Positions 56,040-64,000 of a DNA stretch of 64,000 bases are shown one piece after another. Made by a program: the position numbers and the translations under genes. This DNA comes from Myxococcota bacterium. GTDB lineage: Bacteria > Myxococcota_A > UBA796 > SXON01. Numbering within the stretch: the stretch's first letter is position 1; each line of letters starts with the position of its first letter. The stretch lies in contig JAZKFH010000012.1 of the NCBI GenBank assembly GCA_040386535.1, forward strand, positions 1 through 64,000, read 5' to 3'. The notes under the pieces are model-generated. The model saw only the letters and a list, made by a program, of their open reading frames with translations. It was not told the DNA's origin and searched no databases.

Positions 56040-56636
56040 CTACGGCCGCCCGTTCACCCAGCCGCGCCACGGATGCCCGGGCACGCCGATCCGCAGCGCC
56101 ACCACGCCCTGGAGCGCCGCGACGGGCACCGGGCCCCACCAGCGCGAATCCAAGGCGGCGTCCCGCGCGTCGGCGCCCAGGAACGCGGTGCCGTCGGGCA
56201 CGCCCGACTCCTCCAGGCCCCACCGCACCGGGCGCGCGGCGAGCTCGACCAGGTGCGGGCCCTCGGTCCGCACCACCCGCGTGGTGTTCCGGTCCATCTC
56301 CAGGACCCGCGGTGCATCGGACCCGGCGGTGTGGAACACACCGTCCTCGTAGCGCACCGCGCCCCCGAGGGTCTCGACGCGGCGGAGGGTCCACCGCGCG
56401 GGGTCGAGGGGGTCGACGAGGGCGACGATGTCGCCGGTGCGGACCTCCATCGGGAGGACCACCACGAGGTCTCCCGCGAGGAAGGAGGGCGCCATCTCGT
56501 CGTCGGGCACCCACGCGAGCCGGGGGAGGACGAGGGCCGCCGTGAGCGCGACAACCCCGCCCGCGACCCCGAGCGCGCGGAGGGACCGAGGGGAGACGCG
56601 CGGCGGCTCGTGGGCGCTCGGCCCGTCCACCCTCAC
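56040..56636 (-). CDS. S26 signal-peptidase-like protein lacking the canonical Ser/Lys dyad
   Basis: VPDDEMAPSFLAGD (box B), TLRRV (box D), GADARDAALDSRWWGPVP (box E). Confidence 0.72.
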   Translation of the reverse strand: MRVDGPSAHEPPRVSPRSLRALGVAGGVVALTAALVLPRLAWVPDDEMAPSFLAGDLVVVLPMEVRTGDIVALVDPLDPARWTLRRVETLGGAVRYEDGVFHTAGSDAPRVLEMDRNTTRVVRTEGPHLVELAARPVRWGLEESGVPDGTAFLGADARDAALDSRWWGPVPVAALQGVVALRIGVPGHPWRGWVNGRP

Positions 56637-56643
56637 CCGAGCC

Positions 56644-57732
56644 TCAGAACTCGACCGAGAGTGGCTCGCCGGGGGTCAAGGCGCGGTCGATCACCTGGAG
56701 GGTGACCGGCACGCCCCACTCCTGGATGGTCTGGTCCCGGAGCTGGCGCATGGGCACGGGCTCGACGGCGACGCCGACGGAGCGGACGGTGGCGTCGAAG
56801 CGGCTCCCGCCCGTTCCCCACACGGAGACGGGAGAGCCCGGTGTCAGGCCGCGGGCCCGCGCGATGTCGACGAAGACGACGGCGTCTTGCGACGTGGTCT
56901 CGGTGACGGTCAGCACGGGAACGCCGGCCTGGACCCACTGGCCCGGGGTCGGGAAGCCCTCGTCGATGACCTCGGTGCGTCCGTCGCGCGCCTGGAAGCC
57001 CACCGGCGCGGTGACGATGCCGGAGACGTAGGCCCGGAGCACGTTCGAGTCCGCGACCAGGCGGAGCGACTCGAGGTGCACCGCGGCGGACTCGACGGCG
57101 GACTTGAGCAGATCACTCTGCGAACCGCCCGCGCGCTCGCGGGCATCCTCGTAGGCGGCGTTCAGGGCCTCGACCTCGGTGAGACGTGCGTCAACGGAGG
57201 CCTTCGCAGCGTCGCGGAGGGTCTTGAAGCGCTCGACCTCACTCGCGGCGACGAGCACGCCCGGCGCGCCCGCCCGCCCGAGCTCCTGCTCTTGCACCAG
57301 GAGCTCCGCACGGTCGCGCTCGAGCTCGACCCGCGCCCGGAGCCACGCCGCGCGCGCCCCTTCGAGGTCCCGCGCGAAGCGGCGGCCGCGGTCGGCCTCC
57401 TCGACGCCCAGCTGGGCCTCCAGGCTGCGCAGCTCTGCCTCCGCGGAGGCGATCTCCTGGTTGAGCAGGGGCACCTCGATCTTCGCGAGCACGGCCCCCG
57501 CCTCGACCTTCTGGAACGGCACCACCTCGATGGTGGCGATGCGGCCGCTCTCGGGCGCCCGGATGAGGTGGGCCTTGGTCACGGCCACGGCCGTTCCGCC
57601 GTCCCCCCCCACGCTCCGCACGAGGAGCCAGACGCCGCACGCCATCGCCGCCGCGCCCCACGCGAGGGCCATGAAAATCTTGCCGCGCATCGCCCTGAGG
57701 CGACGCCCGAGAGGCATGGTTCTTCTCACCAT
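56644..57732 (-). CDS. HlyD-family membrane fusion/adaptor protein
   Basis: N-terminal TM, IRAPESGRIATIEV lipoyl half, long coiled coil, VLRAYVSGIV; start uncertain. Confidence 0.82.
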   Translation of the reverse strand: MVRRTMPLGRRLRAMRGKIFMALAWGAAAMACGVWLLVRSVGGDGGTAVAVTKAHLIRAPESGRIATIEVVPFQKVEAGAVLAKIEVPLLNQEIASAEAELRSLEAQLGVEEADRGRRFARDLEGARAAWLRARVELERDRAELLVQEQELGRAGAPGVLVAASEVERFKTLRDAAKASVDARLTEVEALNAAYEDARERAGGSQSDLLKSAVESAAVHLESLRLVADSNVLRAYVSGIVTAPVGFQARDGRTEVIDEGFPTPGQWVQAGVPVLTVTETTSQDAVVFVDIARARGLTPGSPVSVWGTGGSRFDATVRSVGVAVEPVPMRQLRDQTIQEWGVPVTLQVIDRALTPGEPLSVEF

Positions 57733-58412
57733 TCTTCTGCCCGCTCCTCGATGGCCACCGTCACCTGCGTGGTGCCCTCGACAGCGCGCACGGCGCGCAG
57801 GAGGTCCTCCCGTTCCGCAGGGTGAAAGAGCCGGATTTCGTAGCTGAACTCGGACTGCTCGCCCGCGTCGCCCTGGCGGAGCGCCACGAGCTCATGGGTG
57901 CGACACCAGTTGGTCAACACCTGCTCGACCGCGCCGGAGACGCTCCCGGCGCCGCGTACACGGAGCATGCCCGTGTCGGAATGTTTGGTGGCGAAGCCGC
58001 TGAATTGGAGCGTCGTCGCCACGATCCCGATCATGAGCGAGCCGAGGATCGCGACGGCGTGCTGCTGCGCGCCCACGGAGATGCCAACGGCCAGCGCCAG
58101 GAAGATGAAGGTCGTGTCTCGCGCGTCCCGCACCACGGTGCGGAAGCGGATGATGGCGAGCGCGCCGACGAGGCCGAACGCGCGCGCGATGCTGTCGCCG
58201 ACGACGAGCATCACCATGGTGATGATCATCGACAGGAGCACGATGCTGTGGACCATGTTGCGGGAGTAGGACAACCCGCGGTGGGTCATCTGGTACAGCC
58301 ACGCCACGAACGTGCCGAGCACGAAGGAGAGCAGGAGGTCGAACGCGGCGTCGGTCATCGACAGGTGACCCGCCACGCTCCCCGAGCCACTCAACCAATC
58401 TAAGGGATTCAA
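57726..58412 (-). CDS. DUF4956-domain membrane protein
   Basis: IARAFGLVGALAIIRFRT..RDARDT; C-terminal ACT-like domain; TTG start overlaps the VTC stop. Confidence 0.9.
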   Translation of the reverse strand: MNPLDWLSGSGSVAGHLSMTDAAFDLLLSFVLGTFVAWLYQMTHRGLSYSRNMVHSIVLLSMIITMVMLVVGDSIARAFGLVGALAIIRFRTVVRDARDTTFIFLALAVGISVGAQQHAVAILGSLMIGIVATTLQFSGFATKHSDTGMLRVRGAGSVSGAVEQVLTNWCRTHELVALRQGDAGEQSEFSYEIRLFHPAEREDLLRAVRAVEGTTQVTVAIEERAEEW

Positions 58413-59155
58413 CGTGCCATCCTTGAGTCCCGGGCGGACTCTCTTGCGCGATTCTCGTCCATGCCTTGCAGCACTTCGACGGCATGACGGTACTTCGACA
58501 TCGAGCGGCGCTCCAGGTCGAAGCGCCGGACGGTGTCCGCGACCCACGCGGGGTAGGACCCGTTGTACTTCAACTCCAAGATTACGATGCCCTTGACTTC
58601 GTCGATCGGGTACCACTGTTCCGGCACGGCGAGCCCCTTGGTGGGCGGTGCGCACGCGATGGAACTGTCGAAGGTGATGCGAACGAGGCCGCGATCTCCA
58701 CCGACGTAGGCGAACCGCTCGTAGGTGACCCACGCCCGCGGATAGGCCCGATATCGGTCCATGTGCGTGCGGAAGTTCTCGATCGCGCTGCCCCCCACGT
58801 TGCGCGGCGTCCCCCCGCCGTCGAGGATGCGCACCGCCTCTGCGCGGTCCACCTCGCCGCGCGACTTGCGCATGGCCTCCCCGTTCCGGGACTTGACCTC
58901 GAGGAACACCGGCGCCGTGGGTGTGAAGGCGTAGGTGCGGGCCCGCAGCTTGAACCTGGAGAAGTTCCCGTTCCGGGTCTCGCGGTAGATGCGCCAGTCC
59001 GGGTCGTCCAGGTACAACGAGTGGACCGGGTACCGTGCGGAGCCGCCTTCGCCGTGGGCGTCCGGCTCCATGTACCGAGCGATCCACTCGCGGACCTGCT
59101 CGGCCTTCTCCGGCGTGATGCGGTATTTGATCTCGTAGCGGGTAGCGGTGCGCAC
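58409..59155 (-). CDS. VTC (polyphosphate polymerase) domain protein
   Basis: RYEIKY, HSLYLD, KLRARTY, FLEVK, YERFAY, RITFD, ILELKY, SKY. Confidence 0.92.
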   Translation of the reverse strand: MRTATRYEIKYRITPEKAEQVREWIARYMEPDAHGEGGSARYPVHSLYLDDPDWRIYRETRNGNFSRFKLRARTYAFTPTAPVFLEVKSRNGEAMRKSRGEVDRAEAVRILDGGGTPRNVGGSAIENFRTHMDRYRAYPRAWVTYERFAYVGGDRGLVRITFDSSIACAPPTKGLAVPEQWYPIDEVKGIVILELKYNGSYPAWVADTVRRFDLERRSMSKYRHAVEVLQGMDENRARESARDSRMAR

Positions 59156-59367
59156 GGAATCCTCGTCACATGAACGTTTCAATCGTAGAGGCCCGTCGCG
59201 CCCGCGGCAAGGGACGCGGGGGAATCGACGGAAGCTTCACAAGCTCGGCGGGATCGCGCTGTTCAGCGGCTGCTCGCGTCGAGGGCCGGGGGCTCTCGTA
59301 CGCGCCTTCCCCCTGGGGTTGCGACTCGGGTCCGGTGCGCGTAGGGTAGCGCGGTGTTGGAGAACGG

Positions 59368-60033
59368 ATGCGTTCCTGGTTGTTCCTTTGTGTGTTCGCG
59401 GGCTGCGACCTCATCTCGGTGAAGCCCAGCGGGAGCGACACCGGGCCCTTCGAGGCGGACGCGGACACGGACGCCGACAGTGACGCGGACAGTGACGCGG
59501 ACAGTGACGCGGACAGTGACGCCGACAGCGACGCTGACACTGACACCGACACCGAGATCGATGTGGACACCGCCCTCTGTGACGAGGTCCTCTCCAGTGC
59601 CCAGCCCGGCGGGCCCGGCTGCTTCACCGACACCATCGCGTGCGGCGACGTGGTGGAGGGCACGAACGACGGCGGGGAGACCGATTTTGTCGGCGAGGAT
59701 TGGGAGTCCTGGTTCTGCACACCCAACCTGGACCGCTGGGACTATGCGTCGCCAGAGCGGGTGTACTCGCTGTTCATCCCCGCGGCCACGACCGCCACGT
59801 TCGCCTTCGAGACGCCCTGCGCCGATCTCGACCTGTTCGTGGCGTACTGGCAGGACGAGGACACCTGTCCCAGCTCCGCCAGCAGCATCCGCGAGTGCGA
59901 GACCGTCGACGACGAGGGCAACGGCGGGTTCGTGAGCGTCTGGTCGGACGTGGGGGCCTGGTACGTGGTCGCGGTGGACGGGCGCGGCGGGGAGACCGGC
60001 AACTTCCGCCTCTCGGTCGATTGTGAAGACTGA
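59368..60033 (+). CDS. Acidic Cys-containing lipoprotein with DSDA repeat linker and PPC-like domain
   Basis: Lipobox FAGC; DLDLFV, WYVVAVDG...GNFRLSVDC. Confidence 0.8.
   Translation: MRSWLFLCVFAGCDLISVKPSGSDTGPFEADADTDADSDADSDADSDADSDADSDADTDTDTEIDVDTALCDEVLSSAQPGGPGCFTDTIACGDVVEGTNDGGETDFVGEDWESWFCTPNLDRWDYASPERVYSLFIPAATTATFAFETPCADLDLFVAYWQDEDTCPSSASSIRECETVDDEGNGGFVSVWSDVGAWYVVAVDGRGGETGNFRLSVDCED
59456..59556 (+). repeat. 12-bp tandem repeat (GACAGTGACGCG) encoding DSDA
   Basis: Visible directly in the sequence. Confidence 0.9.
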
Positions 60034-60049
60034 CCTGTGAAGACTGACC
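60022..60049 (+). repeat. Perfect 14-bp tandem duplication TGTGAAGACTGACC
   Basis: Copies at 60022-60035 and 60036-60049, spanning the lipoprotein stop codon. Confidence 0.9.
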
Positions 60050-60065
60050 GAGGAACGGTGACCGA

Positions 60066-60545
60066 ATGACCCTCTCCCCTTCCGGCGGCGCCCTCCGACC
60101 CGACCGCGGCGCCCCCATCGTGCTCCGGCTCCTCCCGCACGTGCACCACCCGCCCGCGCGCGTGCTCGTGCCGGATGTGGGGGAGGGGAACGAGGCGCGA
60201 GCGCTCGACGCACGCGGGTACCGCGTGACCGTCATGGGCGGCGCGGTCCCGGCGCCGGGCGTCGCCCACGCGGCGGGTACGTTCCTGGAGAACGCGCCGG
60301 TCGGCTTCGATCTCGTGTGTGAGGCCGGGGCGTTCGGAGCGCTCCAGGGCGCCGCGCGTGCACGCTACGTGGACGCCGCCGCGCAGGCCCTGAGGCCGGG
60401 CGGCCTGCTCTTCGGCGCGTTCCCGGCGGACGAGGCCGGCGCGGGCGAGCTCATCGCGCTGATGTCCCCTCGCTTTGACGTGGCGCGCCTGGAGCCCAGC
60501 GGGGCGCTGGGTGGCTGGCTCGAAGCAATCTTCGTCCGGAGGTAG
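60066..60545 (+). CDS. Short, degenerate thiopurine-methyltransferase-like protein
   Basis: [26 protein letters not shown]...LRPGG. Confidence 0.6.
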   Translation: MTLSPSGGALRPDRGAPIVLRLLPHVHHPPARVLVPDVGEGNEARALDARGYRVTVMGGAVPAPGVAHAAGTFLENAPVGFDLVCEAGAFGALQGAARARYVDAAAQALRPGGLLFGAFPADEAGAGELIALMSPRFDVARLEPSGALGGWLEAIFVRR

Positions 60546-60546
60546 C

Positions 60547-61506
60547 GTGGCCACGCTCTCCTTCGTCGGAGTCGAGAAGCGCTTCGGCGCCGTGCAGGTC
60601 CTCCATCGGGTCGATCTCGAGGTCGCGGAGGGCGAGTTCATCGTGCTCGTCGGGCCCTCGGGCTGCGGCAAGAGCACGCTGTTGCGCTGCATCGCCGGCC
60701 TCGAGGAGATCACCGGCGGCGAGCTCCGGATCGACGGCCGTCGCGTGAACGACGTGGCCCCGCGCGACCGTGACGTCGCGATGGTGTTCCAGTCCTACGC
60801 GCTCTACCCGCACATGACCGTGCGCGAGAACATGGGATTTGCCCTCTCGCTCCAGAAGCACCCCGAGGCCGAGGCGCGGGTTGCGGCCGCCGCCCAGATG
60901 CTCGGCCTCGCCCACCTCCTCGATCGGTTCCCCCGCGAGCTCTCGGGCGGCCAACGCCAACGCGTGGCGATGGGGCGCGCGATCGTGCGCCGGCCGAAAG
61001 TGTTCCTGTTCGACGAGCCCCTCTCGAACCTCGACGCCTCGCTGCGGAACTCGGTGCGCGTGGAGCTGCGTCGCCAGCACGCGGCGCTGCGTACGACCAC
61101 CGTGTACGTGACCCACGATCAGACGGAGGCGCTCACCCTCGCCGACCGCATCGTGGTGCTCAACGGCGGCATCGTGCAGCAGGTCGGCACGCCCGACGAG
61201 CTCTTCTTCGAGCCCGTGAACCGCTTCGTGGCGGGCTTCATCGGGAGCCCGGGGATGAACTTCCTCGAACGTCTCGAGGACGACGTGATCGGCGTCCGCC
61301 CGAACGACGTGAAGATCGGCGAGGGGCCGCACGAGGCCCTCGTCGAGGTGGTGGAGAAGCTCGGGTTCGAGTCCATGGTGCACCTCCGGATCGGGGAGGA
61401 GGTGCTCGTGGCCCGCGTCGAGGGGCCCGTGCCCAGCGGGAAGGTGCGCGTTGCGTTCGTCCGCGCCTACCGCTTCGACCGCAAGACCGGCGCGAGGACC
61501 GGGTGA
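60547..61506 (+). CDS. Carbohydrate ABC transporter ATP-binding protein (MalK/UgpC-like)
   Basis: [46 protein letters not shown]. Confidence 0.96.
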   Translation: MATLSFVGVEKRFGAVQVLHRVDLEVAEGEFIVLVGPSGCGKSTLLRCIAGLEEITGGELRIDGRRVNDVAPRDRDVAMVFQSYALYPHMTVRENMGFALSLQKHPEAEARVAAAAQMLGLAHLLDRFPRELSGGQRQRVAMGRAIVRRPKVFLFDEPLSNLDASLRNSVRVELRRQHAALRTTTVYVTHDQTEALTLADRIVVLNGGIVQQVGTPDELFFEPVNRFVAGFIGSPGMNFLERLEDDVIGVRPNDVKIGEGPHEALVEVVEKLGFESMVHLRIGEEVLVARVEGPVPSGKVRVAFVRAYRFDRKTGARTG

Positions 61507-63605
61507 TCCCGTTCTGGGCGGCGTGCGCCGCGGCGATCGGCAGCGCGCACGCCGGGGAGGTCACGCTCTGGCACGCCTGGCGCGGTGACGAGCGGGTGGC
61601 GCTCGATCAGCTCGTGGAACGCTACAACGCGGAGTTTCCGGGCACGACGGTGCGCCCGGTGTTCGTGTCCTACGAGAGCCTCTCCTCGAAGGTCGAGGCG
61701 GCCGTGCCGCGCGGCAACGGCCCCGATCTGTTGGTGTTCGCGCACGAGAAGATCGGCGGCTGGACGGACGAGGGGCTCATCCTCCCGGTGCCGACCGACG
61801 CCGTGGGCGGGCTGCACCCGGTCACGGTCGACGCGCTGACCCTCCGCGAGCAGGTCTGGGGCTGGCCGCTCGCGTACAAGTCGCTCGCGCTGTTCTACAA
61901 CCGCGCGCTCGTGGCCGAGCCGCCCGCCACCTCGGACGCCCTCCTCGCGGCCGCCACGGCGCTGCGCGGGCCCGATCGCTGGGGGTATGCCTGGGAGGCG
62001 TCGAGCGCCTACGCGGACGCCGCGTGGATGCACGGGTTCGGAGGCGGGGTGTTCGGCGGCGATGGGCAGGTGCGGCTCGACTCGCCCGAGAACGTCGCGG
62101 CCTTCGGGTTCGTCCGCGCCCTCGCCGACCTCGGCCCCGCCGAGCCCAGCGGCGCGCTCCTGACCCAGCTCTTCAACGAGGGGCGCGTCGCGATGGTCGC
62201 GAACGGGCCGTGGTTCCTCGGTGAGGTGGGCGCCGTCGACTACGGCGTGGCCCCGCTCCCCGTGGTGTCCGCCACCGGCCGCCCCGCCGCGCCCTACGTC
62301 ACCGTCGAGGCCCTCTTCCTCGCGCGGGAGGGTGCCGAGGCGCGCGCCTTCGCCGCGTGGATGGTGGGGGACCAGGCCGCGGAGGTGCGCCACCGCGTCG
62401 GCAAGCAGCTCGTCGCGAACACGTCGGTCGTCGTGACCGATCCGCGCCTCGCCGCGTTCCGCACCCAGCTCGACACCGCCGTGCCGATGCCGACGGGCAA
62501 GGCGATGGCGCAGACGTGGGAGCCGCTCGCCCGCGCGTTGCGACGGTTGGTGCGCGGCGCGATCGACGCCGAAGCGGCCGCCAAGGAAGCGCAGTTCCAG
62601 TACGCCATCGTCTCGCGGCCCGCGCCGCCCGAGGCCGATCCCCGGCCCTGGCTGGTCGTGGGCGGGCTCGCGCTCGTGGCCGGGTTCGTGTGGGTCGCGC
62701 GGGAGGCCATGCAAGCGCCGCTCGCGCGTTGGCGCTTCGCGTTCGCCTGGGTGGCGCCCGCGTTCTCGGCGATGACCCTGCTCGTCGTGCTCCCCTTCGT
62801 GGTGGGCGCGGCCGTGAGCCTGTTCGACTACGACCAGCAGGAGTGGACCTTCGTGGGCATGGCCCACTTCGTCGACATCCTGCTCGCGCGGGACTTCCCG
62901 CTCACCAGCCCGCTCTCCTTCTGGTCGACGCTCGCCGTGACGATGCTCTGGACCGTCGCGAACGTGATCCTGCACGTCGGCATCGGCGTCGCGCTCGCCA
63001 TGCTCCTGCGCGAGCCCTGGGTGCGGCTCCGCGGCGTGTTCCGCGCGCTGCTCATCCTCCCGTGGGCGGTGCCGAGCTACATCACCGCGCTGATCTGGAA
63101 GGGCATGTTCCACCGCCAGTTCGGCGCGATCAACGGGCTGTTGGTCGCGATCGGCCTCGAGCCGGTGTCGTGGTTCGCGCAGTGGTCGACCGCGTTCGCG
63201 GCCAACGTGACGACCAACACGTGGCTCGGCTTCCCGTTCATGATGGTGGTCACGCTCGGCGCGCTCCAGGCCATCCCGCGCGATCTGGAGGAGGCCGCCG
63301 AGGTCGACGGCGCGAGCGGCTGGCAACGCTTCCGCCACGTCACGCTTCCCTTGTTGAAGCCGGCGTTGCTCCCCGCGGTCATCCTCGGGAGCGTCTGGAC
63401 GTTCAACATGTTCAACGTCATCTACCTCGTGAGCGGCGGCGAGCCGGACGGGGGGACCGACATCCTCATCTCGCAGGCGTACCGGTGGGCGTTCACGCGC
63501 GGCCACCGCTACGGCTACGCCGCCGCCTACGCCGTGCTCATCTTCGGCGTGCTCGTGCTCTACGGCCGCGTCGCCAACCGCCTCGCCGGCCGGAAGGTGG
63601 TCTGA
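61503..63605 (+). CDS. Fused sugar-binding protein + permease (MalE-MalF-like)
   Basis: N-part VTLWH, GPDL, LFYNR, MVANGPW; C-part [11 protein letters not shown] loop [10 protein letters not shown]. Confidence 0.93.
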   Translation: MIPFWAACAAAIGSAHAGEVTLWHAWRGDERVALDQLVERYNAEFPGTTVRPVFVSYESLSSKVEAAVPRGNGPDLLVFAHEKIGGWTDEGLILPVPTDAVGGLHPVTVDALTLREQVWGWPLAYKSLALFYNRALVAEPPATSDALLAAATALRGPDRWGYAWEASSAYADAAWMHGFGGGVFGGDGQVRLDSPENVAAFGFVRALADLGPAEPSGALLTQLFNEGRVAMVANGPWFLGEVGAVDYGVAPLPVVSATGRPAAPYVTVEALFLAREGAEARAFAAWMVGDQAAEVRHRVGKQLVANTSVVVTDPRLAAFRTQLDTAVPMPTGKAMAQTWEPLARALRRLVRGAIDAEAAAKEAQFQYAIVSRPAPPEADPRPWLVVGGLALVAGFVWVAREAMQAPLARWRFAFAWVAPAFSAMTLLVVLPFVVGAAVSLFDYDQQEWTFVGMAHFVDILLARDFPLTSPLSFWSTLAVTMLWTVANVILHVGIGVALAMLLREPWVRLRGVFRALLILPWAVPSYITALIWKGMFHRQFGAINGLLVAIGLEPVSWFAQWSTAFAANVTTNTWLGFPFMMVVTLGALQAIPRDLEEAAEVDGASGWQRFRHVTLPLLKPALLPAVILGSVWTFNMFNVIYLVSGGEPDGGTDILISQAYRWAFTRGHRYGYAAAYAVLIFGVLVLYGRVANRLAGRKVV

Positions 63606-64000
63606 TGCGCGCCCCGTCCCCCTTCCGCGTCGCCGTGACCCACGCCGCCCTGGTGGCCCTCACCGCCGCCACCATCTTCCCGGTGCTCTGGGTCGTGAAG
63701 ATGGCGCTCTCGCCCTCGCAGAGCTTCACCCTCTCCGCGAACCCGCTCCCCACCGACGTGACGCTCGACAACTTCACGGCGGTCGTCGGCACCACCGACG
63801 CCACGGGCGCGTGGTTGTTCGGGCGACAGCTGTTCAACTCGCTCGTGGTCTCCGGCGTCACCGCCGCCTTCGGCGTCGCGCTCGCGTGCACCGCCGGCTA
63901 CGCGCTCTCCCGCTGGAACTTCCCCGGGCGGGACCGCATGATGGGCGCGTTCCTGCTCACGCAGATGTTCCCGGGCGTCGTGATGGCGATCCCGCTCTAC
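63605..64000 (+). CDS. Sugar ABC permease (MalG-like), runs off the window end
   Basis: TGATG coupling; FPVLWVV, NSLVVS, AGYALSRWNFPGR, QMFPGVV. Confidence 0.9.
   Translation, partial: MRAPSPFRVAVTHAALVALTAATIFPVLWVVKMALSPSQSFTLSANPLPTDVTLDNFTAVVGTTDATGAWLFGRQLFNSLVVSGVTAAFGVALACTAGYALSRWNFPGRDRMMGAFLLTQMFPGVVMAIPLY

Noticed and set aside
59456..59556. Tandem repeats as a CRISPR array (also 39322-39362)
   Set aside because: There are no unique spacers and no cas genes; the first repeat is an in-frame coding linker.

Overview
A GC-rich bacterial chromosome window, probably from a Myxococcota/deltaproteobacterial lineage. That placement is inferred from a MYXO-CTERM-like sorting tail, a DUF2330 protein, a myxobacterial ferritin-like lipoprotein, a FYDLN-acid protein and Asp-rich lipoprotein linkers. 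The left half (about 1-33 kb) is accessory. It holds an ArsR/SmtB + P1B-ATPase pair, a lower-GC B12/radical-SAM gene lying between two copies of a 63-bp repeat, an FG-GAP lipoprotein, and a DUF2330 gene split by an intact IS3-family element. An 18-kb metal/sulfur cluster follows, with three parts. (i) A CzcBA-like RND operon with a Cys-rich leader ORF, a WCxEH-repeat lipoprotein and a TlpA thioredoxin. (ii) An ArsR-rhodanese/MFS/rhodanese-thioredoxin operon. (iii) A BlaI + His/Cys-loop M56 peptidase pair, separated by a perfect operator-like palindrome from a second RND-TolC-DMT-HupE/UreJ operon. After the cluster come a PD-(D/E)xK-like gene and a tandem (degenerate + intact) RNase H. The right half is mostly core: truA, rplM-rpsI, kdsB-pyrG-lptA-lptB-rpoN-hpf, metK, sdhCAB, gltA-icd-sucCD-ndk. 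It ends with a VTC/DUF4956/HlyD/pseudo-S26 operon and a sugar ABC transporter whose binding protein is fused to a permease. I recognised no tRNA, rRNA or CRISPR array. All family calls come from motifs recognised by eye; no searches were run.
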